From NCBI RefSeq assembly GCF_963921235.1, contig NC_086097.1, positions 93,932,001 to 93,996,000 on the forward strand: DNA of 64,000 nucleotides. Direction: 5' to 3'. The notes beneath the pieces are model-generated. The model was not told where the DNA came from and ran no database searches. It was given only the letters and a program-made list of their open reading frames with translations. Numbering within the stretch: the stretch's first letter is position 1; every line of letters begins with the position of its first letter. Source of the stretch: Mobula hypostoma. Its lineage: Eukaryota. A program made the translations under genes and the position numbers. Of this stretch, positions 39,358-51,736 are shown in pieces.

Positions 39358-39675
39358 ATGCTGGAGGAACACAGCAGGGCAGGTGAATTGTCCTGTGATT
39401 TGTCTGACATTAAACAGGTGGACCGCTGGGTGGTGTGGCCTTTTGGGCCAGAAGGATCTGTCTGCACTCTTATCTCCAAATAAAATAGAATCAATAAAAG
39501 ATAGAATCCAGGTCACTGGTGCAATGAAGCAGTAACTCTACTGGCCTCAGCTTGGTGCCATACCAGGAATCAAGGACTAATCCCTGCACTTGTTGGTGCC
39601 CAAGACAACTTTTTAAAACTTTTTAAAAATACGTTTGCTGTCACACCAACCCTCCAAGACTTGAGCAACACTCAC

Positions 39676-39840
39676 ACATTTGGCTCCTGGCTGACTTCAG
39701 GATCTTTTTGGAATTATACTGCACCGTCCAACAGTCTTCATTCAGTTTGTAATAGCGCGACTTCATCCATGAGCTGGATTTGATCTTCAGCATGTGAGTA
39801 CCCTTGAGCATGACTTGAATATCGTCGTCATTCTTGAGGC
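39676..39840 (-). CDS. Exon 2 of PLC-delta-like gene: first half of PH domain (165 nt, phase 1-1); not in the ORF track
   Basis: ag|GC CTC AAG... = (G)LKNDDDIQVMLKGTHMLKIKSSSWMKSRYYKLNEDCWTVQYNSKKILKSARSQM|gtgagt; aligns without gaps to PLCD1 [45 protein letters not shown]. Confidence 0.9.
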
Positions 39841-40961
39841 CTTGGTAGGAACACGGAGCGGACGCATCTGATGGAGAGATGGCAGAATGGAAGTGGAGGG
39901 TGCGGAGAGTGGGTAGTGAAGGGGAAGTGGAAGGGAGGGAAGGAGTGATGGAACAGACAAGTGGAGAGTGAGGATCTGGTGAGGCAGGGGTAAGTAGTCA
40001 GGAGTTAGGAAGGTGGGGGAGAACAGTGGAGGACAGAGGAAGGGTGTTAAAGGGTAGGAGAGGGGAAGGTATTGCAATGAGTGGGATAGAACACTAGAGC
40101 ACACCACAGGCCCTTCAGCCCACAGTATTGTGTCAAACTTTTAACCTGTTCTATGATCAATATAACCCTTTCCCCAGATAGAGCACTCCCTTTTTCTATC
40201 ATTCATGTGCTCTGCACAGGTATTTCTTAAATGTACCTAATGTATCTGCCTCTACCACAACCCCCGGGGTGGTTCCCCACACATACCGCTCTCTGTGTAC
40301 ACTCCCTGCTATTTGCCATTCCCTCCCTGGGAAAATATCTCTGGCTATCCACTCGATCTATGTTTGTTATGACCTTGTACACTTCTCTCAAGTCCCCTCT
40401 CACCGTCCTTCACTCCAAAGAGAAAAGCCCTTGTGTGCTCATCCTGTCCTCATAAGACTACATGAGGATGGGTTAAACTAGCCCAGGCAGCATCCTGGTG
40501 AATCTCCTCTGCACAATCGATATGAAGGGGGGAGGGGAGGATTGGAAGCTTTCAACTGAACTTGGAGGAACTCCATGGTGTCTTGGGGAGAATGTACAAA
40601 CTCCTTACAGAGAGCAGTGGAACTGCACCCCGATCGGAGATCACTGGCCCTGTGGAGCGTCGCACTAACTGCTTCTCCACTGTGTCGTACCAGTGGCAAG
40701 GGGAGTGAGATAATTAATGTGGGTGGGAGACTGCGGGTAAACAAAGGATCTGTGAGGTCATGACGTGTCATTGAGAGATCTGCACAGAAACAGGCCCTTC
40801 GACCCACCATTTCAATGATATCATCTATACTAGCCCCAGAAATCAGCATTTGATCAGTAGCCTTCTACAACTTGGATATTCCAGTGCCCCAAAGTCTTTG
40901 GAACACAGCCCCCTTTATATAAAAAAAGATACAGCAATTGTGTCTATACATTTATTTTTAC

Positions 40962-42243
40962 CTTCATCAACTTCAGAAGATTGTGGATTCCAGCCTTCTG
41001 TGTTTCCTCCAGGACCAAACGATTCCTCTTTCCATTTCCCTACTTTCTTTGACCCATCTTCAGGCACCAGTTCCCTAAACCTGAGAACTCTTCTCCAGGC
41101 TCTGCGTTGTCCCCTTCCAATCCTCTGCCCTACTCTTGGCTGTCTCCTTTGGAGTTTTGTCTGCCACTTTCTCATTCGCTTCCTCTCTCCAGCCGACTCC
41201 TCCAGGGAGCTCTTTCTCTTGCCCAATTTTATTCCCCTCCTCATGCCCACTTGCACATTGGTGAAGTCACCCGACCCACCCCCCAGCCTCTCTTCATCCT
41301 TCTGCTCCTGCTGATCTCTGATGGTTCCTTTGCCCTCCCATCCATTTTCCTCCCTCTCATCCTCTCGATTCCAGTGTTTGTCCACTGGGCTCAGCTCCAG
41401 TTCAGTCGCCTCTGTTTGGGTATGCCCAAGAGCCGGTTCGGGACTTGGCCGTCGATCTTCCGGAGCTGGTTCGGGGCTAAGCCCTTGATCTTCCGGAGCT
41501 GGTTCGGGACTAAGCCCTTGATCTTCCGGAGCCAGTTCAGGACCGAGCCCTCGATCTTCCGGAGCCGGTTCGGGACTTAGCCCTCGATCTTCCGGAGCCG
41601 GTTCGGGGCTTGGCCCTCGATCTTCCGGAGCTGGGTCGGGACTAGGCCCTCGATCTTCCGGAGCCGGTTCGGGACTAGGCCCTCGATCTTCCGGAGCCGG
41701 TTCAGGACTTAGCCCTGGATTTTCCGGAGCCGGTCCGGGACTTGGCCCTCGATCTTCCGGAGCCGGTCCGGGACTTAGCCCTCGATCTTCCGGAGCCGGT
41801 TCGGGACTTAGCCCTCGATCTTCCGGAGCCGGTTCGGGACTTAGCCCTGGATCTTCCAGAGCTGTTTCGGGACTGAGCCCTGGATCTTCCGGAGCCGGTT
41901 CGGGACTTGGCCCTCGATCTTCCGGAGCCAGATCGGGACTTGGCCCTTGATCTTCCAGAGCCAGATCGGGACTTAGCCTTCGATCTGCCAGTCCCTGTGA
42001 TGAGATCCCCTGCTCGTTTCCTCCATCTCCTGATTCTATACTCCCCTCCTCCATATTCTGGCTTCTAACCTTGGACTGCGCTTTGCAATCCACTGGCTGA
42101 GCTGTGCCGATTACATGCTTGGCCTTCACAGCTTGGTGGCGCTTCTTGGCGAAATTCTGGTAGGCCCACCAGCCAATGATGATGGTAGCACTGCCTATCG
42201 ACAGGCCAAGGACCACCCGCCTGTTTAGTTTGCAGAATTCCAT
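40962..42243 (-). CDS. Putative exon 1 of PLC-delta-like gene: signal-anchor TM helix + 11-aa repeat array + charged linker
   Basis: GCT-ATG-G start; open 1282 nt ending GAA G|gtaaaa, a phase-1 donor that matches exon 2; N-terminus RRVVLGLSIGSATIIIGWWAYQNFAKKRH. Confidence 0.7.
41428..41985 (-). repeat. 33-bp coding minisatellite, about 16.5 units, encoding (L/P)SPEPAPEDRG
   Basis: Unit TCTTCCGGAGCCGGTTCGGGACTTAGCCCTCGA; no frame-breaking indels. Confidence 0.95.
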
Positions 42244-43209
42244 AGCCTTTGTGCGTAATTCTAAGAAAATCTTGACGAAGCAGCTCAGCACCTCAAGGAG
42301 GCTAGCCTCTCCGCCTGCACTCAGATGAACTGCACTCAGCCTGCAGTTTCTTGTGGTCAGTTACTGGATCATAATGACATCACAATCTACCTCATCATGA
42401 TCAAGCATGTGACTTCTGGAAAATGCAGGTTGTTACGGACACAACTGAGCACATCACAGAAATCTTCCTCTCCTCCTTGGACTTTTCTGCATTTCTCACT
42501 GCCTCAGTAAAACAGCCAGCACAATCAAAGACCCCTCCCATATTCTGTCTTATCCCCCCCTCCCATCGGGCAGGAGATAGGAAAGCACAAAAACACTTTC
42601 CAATAGGCTCGAGGATAGCTTCTACCCCGTCCGTCATTGAATTTAGGACAGACACAGTAGGAACAATTAAACTCTTGATAGGCACATGGATGAGGGAGAG
42701 ACTGAGGGCCACATAGGAGGGAAGGGTTACATAGATCTTGGATCAGGATAAACTATCAGAACATTGTGGGCTGAATGGCCTGTATTGTGCTGTAATGTTC
42801 TATGTTCTGTTGAATGTTCCTCTACTGTGATAAGATGTCAATTGTTATAATCTTGCACCTTATTGTTTTCCAGCACTGCACCTCAATGGAGCAGTTACAC
42901 TTTATTCTGCGTTCTGTCATTGTTGTACCTTGTTCTACCTCTACACTGTGTGATGTTTTGATCGGTATCAACAGTTTGCAAGTCAGGCTTTTCACTCTAT
43001 CTCGGTACATGAGACAATAATAAACCAACACCAAATAGTGAAAGTAAAGAATGAAGCCTCTAGTGACTGGTGCTTGTTGGGAGGGGGAGAGGAGGTGTCC
43101 ATTTTCATTTCAACATGGTAATTTTGTGGCCATGCTTCCTGTGAGTGCCCCTCACTCTCCCTTGACCATGACTCTGAGGCAATGCTGATAATGGAATTCC
43201 TTGTTCTAC

Positions 43210-43935
43210 TGGATATCACCGTACATACTGTCTTTTTGCAATTGATAGATAGACCCATTTTTGCACTTTCTTCAACAACTATATCAATTAAGTTTTGCAG
43301 TTCTTCCTCCGTATTTGCATTTAACACAGTGTCATCTGCATAGCTGAAATTATTGATGATTTCACCACCAACTTTGATTCCCAAGATGTCTCTTATTTTT
43401 TGTACTATTGTTTCGCTGTTCACATTAAACAAATCAGGAGACAAAACACACTGTTGTCTATCTATGAATTGCAAAAAGACAATGTATGGTGATATCCAGA
43501 AAGAAGGAGAATCCTATCTGAAGACTGAGAATAAACGGGGAAGACATAAAACAAGTACAGAGCTTTTGCTACTTAGGAACTGGGTGAAATCAGATGGCAG
43601 GTGCGACATGGACATCAAAAGAAGAATAGGGATGGCAAACGACACCTTTACGACAATGAAGAGTAGTATACTGACCAACACTAAACTAGGCATGACAACC
43701 CACCTCAGAGTACTGAAATGTTATACTTATCCAGTTATGTAATATGGCTCAGAAGGTTGGACAATATCTAGTAACATGAGGAAACGAATTGAAGCAGCAG
43801 AGATGTGGTTTTTGAGGAGGATGCAAAGAATATCATGGACAAAACAAATATCTAACGAGGTTGTCATGAACAGAGCAAGCACAAAAAGAGAAATAATGTA
43901 TGAGATCATGAAAAGGCAACATAACTTCATTGGAA
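43210..43935. mobile_element. RTE LINE fragment with internal 5' inversion
   Basis: Minus part SPDLFN..YADDTVL..GLSINCKKT abuts plus part DGRCDMDIKRRIGMA..EAAEMWFLRRMQRISW. Confidence 0.85.
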
Positions 43936-46900
43936 ATACAAAATTCTCTGCAGATGCTGCGGTCAAAGCAACATGCTGGAGGAACTCAGCAGGTCAGGCA
44001 GCATCTGTAGAAATGAACAGTCAATGTTTTGGGCTGAGACCCTTCGTCAGGTCTGAAGAGGGAGGGGGCAGGGGCCCTATAAAGAAGGTGAGGGGAGGGT
44101 GGGAAGGAGAAGGCTGGTAGGTGCCAGGTGAAAAACCAATAAGGGGAAAGATCAAGGGGTGGGGTAGGGGAAGCAGGGTGGGGATAGGCAGGAAAGGTGA
44201 AGAAGGAAATCAAACCATTGTCTCCCATGGCCTCGTCATGGCAGTAGAGGAGGCCATGTATGGACATATCTGAATGAGATGGTGAAGCAAGTTGAAGTGG
44301 GTGGTAATTATTATTGATATATTGTTTAGCTTTGTTAATCAGTTATTTGGCAATTTAATTCCTCATTGTACATATTGACATGTTGACTTGATTACTTTAA
44401 TGTATTTTTTTGTTGATCTTCAATAATAATTAATAAAAAAGATTTAAAAATGAAAATGAAGTGGGTGGCAAACGGGAGATCCTGTCTGTTGTGGCGGACG
44501 GAGTGGCGGTGCTCGACAAAGCGGTCCCCCAATCTACGTTGGGCCTCACCGATGTAGAGGAGGCCGCACCGTGAGCACCGGATGCAATAGGTGACCCCAG
44601 CAGACTCACGTGAAGTGTTGCCTCACCTGGAAGGTCTGTTTGGGGCCCTAAATGCTGGTGAGAGAGGAGGTGTAGGGTCAGGTGTAGCACTTAGGCTTAC
44701 AGGGATAAGTGCCAGGTGGGAGATCCGTGGGGAGGGATGTGTGGACTAGGGAGTCGCAGTGGGAACGATCCCTGCAGAAAGCGGAGAGAGGTGGAGAGGG
44801 AAAGATGTGCTTAGTGGTGGGGTCCTGTTGAAGGTGGCGGATGTTGTGGAGGATAATGTGCTGGATCCGGAGGCTGGTGGGCTGGTGGGTGAGGACAAGG
44901 GGAACTCTGTCCCTGTTGTGGTGGGAGGATGGGCTGAGGGCTGAAGTGCGGGAAATGGAGGAGATGCGGGTGAGGGCATCATTGATGACAGCAGAAGGGA
45001 AACCACGAACCTTAAAGAAAGGACATTTGAGATGTCCTGGAACGGAAAGCCTCATCCTGGAACGGAAAGCCTCATCCTGGGAGCAGATGCAGCGGAGATG
45101 GAGGAACTGGGAATAGGGAATAGCATTTTTGCATGTGGCAGAGTGGGAAGAGGTATAGTCGAGGTAGTTATGAGAGTCAGTGGGCTTATAGAAGATGTCA
45201 GTGGACAGTCTGTCTCCAGAGATGGAGACCGAGATCGAGAAAGGGGAGAGAAGTGTCCAAGATGGACCAAGTGAATTTGAGGGCTGGGTGGAAGTTTGAA
45301 GCAAAGTTGATGAAATTGACGAGCTCAGCATGGGTGCAGGAAGCGGCACCAATGTAGTTGTTAATGTAGCGAAGGAAAAGTTGGGGAGCAGTACCAGTAT
45401 AAGTTTGGAGCATAGTCAACGAAGAGGTAGGCATAGCTGGGGCCCATGCGAGTGCCCATAGCTACACTCTTGGTCTGAAGAAAGTGGGAAGAGCCAAAAG
45501 AGAAGTTATTAAGTGTGAGTACCAGTTCCGCCAACCGGAGGAGGGTAGTGGTGGTGGGGAACTAGTGAGGTCTATTATCCAGAAAGTAGCGGAGGGCTTT
45601 GAGGCCTTCTTGATCGGGAATGGAAGTGTATAAGGATTGGACATCCATGGTGAAAATGAAGCAGTCGGGACTGGGGAACTGGAAGTCATTGAAGAGGTGG
45701 AGGGCATGGGATATATCCCGGATGTAGGTGGGGTTTAATTTCCTTCTTCACCTTTCCTCCCTATCCTCTCCTTGCTTCCTCTTCCCCACCCCTTTATCTT
45801 TCCCCTTACTGGTTTTTCACCTGGAACCTACCAGCCTTCTCCTTCCCACCCTCCCCCCACCTTCTTTATAGGGCCCCTGCCCCCTCCCTTTACAGTCCTG
45901 ATGAAGGGTCTCGGGCCGAAACGTTGACTGATCGTTTCCACAGATGCTGCCCAACCTGCTGAGTTCCTCCAGCATGTTGTGCGTGTTGCTTTGACCCCAG
46001 CATCTGCCGAGAATTTTATGTTTTGATTCGCTACTCCACTGTGAAGTTTCTTCGAGGTATGCCTACCCTGAAGAAGTTTAAATCTTCCCTTTGACAGGAG
46101 TTTAGTGAGACCCTCTCTCACTCTGTGATCTCCGCCTCTCTCCGACTCTTAGACCACATCCTGACTCAGACCTGCTACCACAGCCACGTCTCCTTCCTGG
46201 GAACGTGTCTCCGCTGCCATCTTGTACCGCAGGGATTCCAGCTCCGGTTCCAGGCCTCCCAGTTTTGGCCCATCGAGGATCCCAAGTACCTCAGTTTTAT
46301 TGACTGCTGCTCCCACCCATGGGCCATGGACTCACTTGCCTCCGACTCCGACCTCAGTTCTGGGGCCCTGCAGGCCACAGTCTCTGCCATCCCCAGCTCC
46401 AGATCCAGCTCGGACCGAGGTCCTGACCCTCTCCAGACCGGGACCACTCTTACTGCTGCTGGTTCCTACTGCTCGTCTTATTCCTACACTACCCTCTATC
46501 CTCCCCGTGACTCCCAACCTTCCCTCTACCCCTCATCCCCCTCCATTCCTCTGATCCCTCATCCTCCCCTAACCCCACTCTCCCTGAATATCCCAACCCC
46601 CCCCTCCTGAGACCTCCCACTCTTTACCCTCCTCTGACCCCAGCCCCAACCCTTGCCATGTCTTCACCATCCCATCTGACCTTCCCCTCTCTGACGCAGA
46701 ATGTTCTATCCTTAGCAGGGGCCTTATTTTTGTCCCCCTCCGTCCACACCTCAGTGAACCCCGTGCCCGTCATGATGCTGAACTCTTCTTCCGTTGCCTA
46801 CGTCTCTGAGCCTACTTCTGTGGCAGGGATTCCCCTCCCACTTCTGATGACCCGTTCTTCCATCTTCAACCCTCCTCTTCCTCCTGGACACCCCGCCCAG

Positions 46901-47944
46901 GCTTTCTATCTGCACTTGATCTTTTCATCTCCAACTGCCACCGAGACATCAACCATCTCAACTTCACCACTCCTCTCTCCTGTTCCAACCTCACTCCCTC
47001 TGAACGCACTGCCCTCCACTCTCTCTGCACTAATCCCAACCTCACCATCAAACCCTCAGACAAAGGTGGTGCCGTAGTAGTCTGGCGGACGGACCTCTAC
47101 CTCAGAGGTCAAAAGGCAGCTCTCTGATACCTCCTCTTACTTACCCCTGGAACAGGACCCCACCAAAAAAATTCAAACCATTCCCTCCCGTACCATCACC
47201 GCCCTTGTCAACTCCGGAGAGATTCCATCCTCATGATTCCTACACCCTGCACTGCTCGGTTTTACCTCTTCCCCAAGATCCACAAGCCTGACTGTCCCGG
47301 TAGACCCATAGTTTCTGCCTGCACGTGCCCCACTGAACTTGTATCTGCCTACCTGGACTTCATTTTGTCACCCATAGTTCGGCCCCTCCCCACCTACATC
47401 CAGGATACATCCCATACCCTCCACCTCTTCAATGACTTCCAGTTCCCCGGTCCCGTCCGCTTCATTTTCACTATGGATGTCCAATCCTTATACACTTCCA
47501 TTCCCCATCAAGAAGGCCTCAAAGCCCTCTGCTACTTTCTGGACAATAGACCTCACCAGTTCCCCACCACCACTGCCCTCCTCCGGTTGGCAGAACTGGT
47601 ACTCACACTTAATAACTTCTCTTTTGGCTCTTCCCACTTTCTTCAGACCAAGGGTGTAGCTATGGGCACTCGCATGGGCCCTAGCTATGCCTGCCTCTTT
47701 GTTGGTTACGTGGAACAGTCTATGCTCCAAACCTTTACTGGTACTACTCCCCAACTTTTCCTTCACTACGTTGACGACTATATTGTTGCTGCTTCCTGTA
47801 CCCATGCTGAGGTCAGCAATTTCATCGATTTTACTTCAAACTTCCACCCAGCCCTCAAATTCACTTGGTCCATCTCGGACACTTCGTTCCCCTTTCTCGA
47901 TCTCTCGGTCTCCATCTTTGGAGACAGACTGTCCACTGACATCT
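43936..47944. mobile_element. Second inverted Penelope-like composite (minus body to about 45730, plus tail + ORF from about 45735), interrupted by L1 and continuing at 55594-56088
   Basis: PLE RT motifs on both strands; same inversion junction as 35700; hammerheads at 44018-55 (-), 45893-930 (+), 55958-95 (+). Confidence 0.88.
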
Positions 47945-48524
47945 TTTTAAAAATTTTTTATTTTTATTTGGATAAGGAATTCGCAAGTATCATGAACTTT
48001 TTTCACATGTATAACCTTTTCCATTTTTTTATATATGTATAAATCTATAATTATTTATACATTCCTAAGTACACATTGAGATGATATAAAAAGTAATTAG
48101 GCACTTAAATAGATAATTATGTGCAGTTGTAATTCTACACTATTAGGCTAAGTAATGATATTAGTTGTTAAGAAAAATGGTAATAATAGTGGATTAATAA
48201 AAATTTCCATATATCTCTTCTGGACTATTTCTTTCTGGTCCAAAATATTGTATGTAAGCCTATGTAACTACCATTGTAGGTGTTTATATCCTAACTTGTT
48301 CACGTTTGCTCCTACCACCAAACATAATTATCTAATCCCTATGTACTTATTTACTTAATTTTTATCATTTTTTCCCCTTTCCCAAATCTTTTCCTTTACT
48401 TGTATTAATTCTCCGTTTTCCAAAAAAAGAAAAAAACAGTAAACCTTTGAACCAAAGGTGCTTACGTTAGCAATATTACTGTATTGATGAGAAGAGCAGT
48501 ATAAATCATTAGGAGAGTCATCTA

Positions 48525-48822
48525 AGAACACTGAGGCTGTCTACAAGAAGGGTCAGAGCCATCTCTATTTCCTGAGGAGACTGAGGTCCTTTAACATCTG
48601 TCGGACAATGCTGAGGACGTTCTACGAGTCTGTGGTGGCCAGTGCTATCATGTCTGCTGTTGTGTGCTGGGGCAGCAGTCCTGGACTTATTTCATAATTT
48701 ACTGGCATAATTTACATATTACTATTTAACTATTTATAGTTCTATTACTATTTATTATTTATGGTGCAACTGTAACGAAAACAAAGTTCCCCCGGGATCA
48801 ATAAAGTATGACTATGACTGTG
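48525..48822 (+). mobile_element. Short Rex1 3' fragment inserted at the L1 ORF2 stop
   Basis: KKGQSHLYFLRRLRSFNICRTMLRTFYESVVASAI; AATAAA + (TATGAC)n tail; CTAA duplicated. Confidence 0.8.
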
Positions 48823-50846
48823 ACTAAAGTCTGCTCGCTTTGGTGTTATATATTCAATCCATTTATTCCAAATTTGATAAAATTTTTCTTTTTGAATTCT
48901 CAGAGAGTGCCATCTTTTCCATTTTAAATATTTCCAAGATAATTTCATGCCAATCTTCTAATGTAGGTGGTATTGGAATTAGCCACTTTCTAGTGATTGA
49001 TTTCTTACTTGCTGCTAAAAGGGCCTGCAGCAACTTTATATCTTTCTTCTGTTCAAAAAACAATACATGCTCCAAATAGAGCGTCTCAAAGTTCAGAGGT
49101 ATCTGGGTCTTAAGTACCTTAACTAATGTTCCATGAATACCTTTCCAATATAAACTTAATTTAGGGCAATCCCAGAAAATATGGAAATGATTTGCCTCCT
49201 TAGAGCTGTACCTTCTCCAACACGTCACGTTTGTGTCTTTATGTTTTTCCTGATATGGGGTCTTGAAGTATCTTATAATATTTTTCCAACAATGTTCTCT
49301 CCAAGTCAAAGAGTTAGTCGAAGACCACTGAAAGCTGCATATTTTCCCCCAAGCCTCCTCTGAAAGTACCAACCTCACTTCTTTCTCCCACTTCTGTTTA
49401 ATATACAATGTGTTTACATTTTTAGCGTGGGAGAGTGCATTATATAATCGAGCAACTGATTTACTTGGTATTGAACTGTAAGCCGAATTCAGAATCTTGA
49501 AAAATTCTAATTCTACTGTTGATAAGTCTGCATATCTACAACTCTGGTTAACATAGTGTCGTACTTGAAGGTACCCAAAAAAGTCATTGTGTTCTAGGCC
49601 ATGTTTGTCCAGCAGGAATTGGAAACTTTGTAATACTCTTTTATGTATAAATGAGAGGTAGGTTGTAAGACTTTTCTTTATCCATAGTTCAAATCTTTTA
49701 TATCCTCTGTTGGGAAGGAATTCGGTATCATATGCACACCATCTGAAAAGTTTTAACATGTTATTGATTCCACATGAATTAACCACCTTCTGCCATACCT
49801 TTAATGTAAGATTTATCCAACTGTTTTTAAACTTTTCCAATTGGGCCATCAATCCTTTGTCAGCTATTGAGGCCTGTAGAGGAAAACTGTCTACCAATCC
49901 AAATTCTATTTCCTTCCATCTAGCCTTATATTCCCTATTACACCAATATAACAGAGGGGTTATCTGTGAAGCATAAAAATAATTTCTCAAGCAAGGAAGT
50001 ACCATACCTCCTCCTTCCTTCCCTAACTGTAAGGTGTTATGTCGAATTCTAGGTTTCTTTCCTTGCCAGATAAAGCGGGAAATCCATTTGTCCCATTCCC
50101 TGAATTGATTATCATCCACCTCCACAGGTAAAGTACGGAAAAGATAAAGTAACCGAGGGAGAATATTCATTTATATGGTATTTATCCTTGAATTTAAACT
50201 TAAAAAGGGGATAAGATTCCATCTATGTATATCTGCTTTTATCTTTGAAATTAATGGCCCATAATTTACCTGTGACAGCGTTGAAAGATCCTTCGGCAGG
50301 GTTATTCCTAAATATTTTAATGATTTAGCTTCCCACTTAAGATCATATGTATCCTGCAGTTTTTTGGATGGTGTATAATTTAGGGACATAACCTGCGTTT
50401 TCTTTACATTTATTTTATAACCTGATATTTTCCCAAAGTCATCCAACAGTGTAAACAATCCTATAAATGATTTTTCTGGTTCACTCAGATAGACTAAAAC
50501 ATCATCTGTGAATAACGCCACTTTCTGTTCAATCCCTGCCACCTTGATACCTTTTACGATTTCGCTCTGTCTTATTAGTTGGGCAAGCGGTTCAATATAT
50601 AGCGCAAAAAGAAGAGGAGAAATTGGGCATCCCTGTCTAGTTCCTCTCTCTAAAATAAAGGAGTCAGAGAGGTCACCATTTATCTTAATTCGAGCTGTAG
50701 GGCTGTCATATAAAGTCTGGATTACTTTAATAAACTTTTCTTGAAAGCCGAATCTTCCTAACGCTCTGTATAGGAATACCCAACTAACTGAATCAAAAGC
50801 TTTCTCAGCGTCTAATCCCACTACCATTGTCTCTGTCCCGTTCTTA

Positions 50847-51736
50847 GGGTACGTCCACACTACGCTGGATAATTTTGAAAACAAAGCCTTTTCTCTTTGT
50901 TTTGCCCTCCCGTCCACACTGAGCCGGCGTTTTCAGCCCCCGAAAACGGAGATTTTGGAAAACACTCTCCAGAGTGAAATAAATCTGAAAACGCTTAATA
51001 TCCAGCGTAGTGTGTACAGGGTGTACAGGGTAAACGGAGAGATTTAAAAACGCTGTCATGACGTGCCGGAACAGATGTTCGTTGTTTTCTTGAACGCCAC
51101 CACCTAACAATTTCAGAACAGACAGACGAGACTGAAGCCCGAAGGGTTAGAAATGTACTCACCAAGTACTTTGACCCATAGCTTACTGAATAAATAAGTA
51201 TACTCACTTCGCCCTGTTTTCTGTCCTTGCTTGTATGAAGGTGCTTTACCTATTTATGCAAGTACTTCTCTGACAATAGATCTGTAACAGTCTAATGTAA
51301 CATTGTATGGAAATACAAGATAACACTGATGCAGACAAGTTTTATACATTTAACAAGGTGCTTTATTAATACAACAGAGTTAGTCAGTTTTTCAATGTTT
51401 GTCGTCAGCTGGGTCATACTGTCCGTGAACTCCCTGTCGGTTGCCTCCATACGCTCCAGTATTTGTTTTTTTTAAGTTTTAAGTCCTCCTGCGTGAGAGC
51501 CAAGAGCAATTCCTTTAAAGTTTTTCTACTCTGTAACTGGACAAACGCGCACTAAGTATACCGTTTCCTCTTTGCTTGTTTTCTGTGTGTCCTGCACATG
51601 CCCAGTAGGAGGAGATTCGCCCAAATATCCGCCTAATGTGGACGGAGATATTTTGAAAAACGCTTAGTGTGGACGCCTGTCGTTTTTACTCGAAACCAAC
51701 GTTTTCAAAATTATCTGGTGTAGTGTGGACGTAGCC
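50847..51736. mobile_element. PIF/Harbinger non-autonomous element (890 bp) in L1 ORF2
   Basis: TIR GG(G/C)TACGTCCACACTAC..GATAATTTTGAAAAC at both ends; 3-bp TTA TSD; internal coiled-coil-like remnant (QILERMEATDREFTDSM). Confidence 0.9.

Noticed and set aside
41428..41985. CRISPR-like array
   Set aside because: Contiguous tandem units with no unique spacers, no cas genes, eukaryotic context
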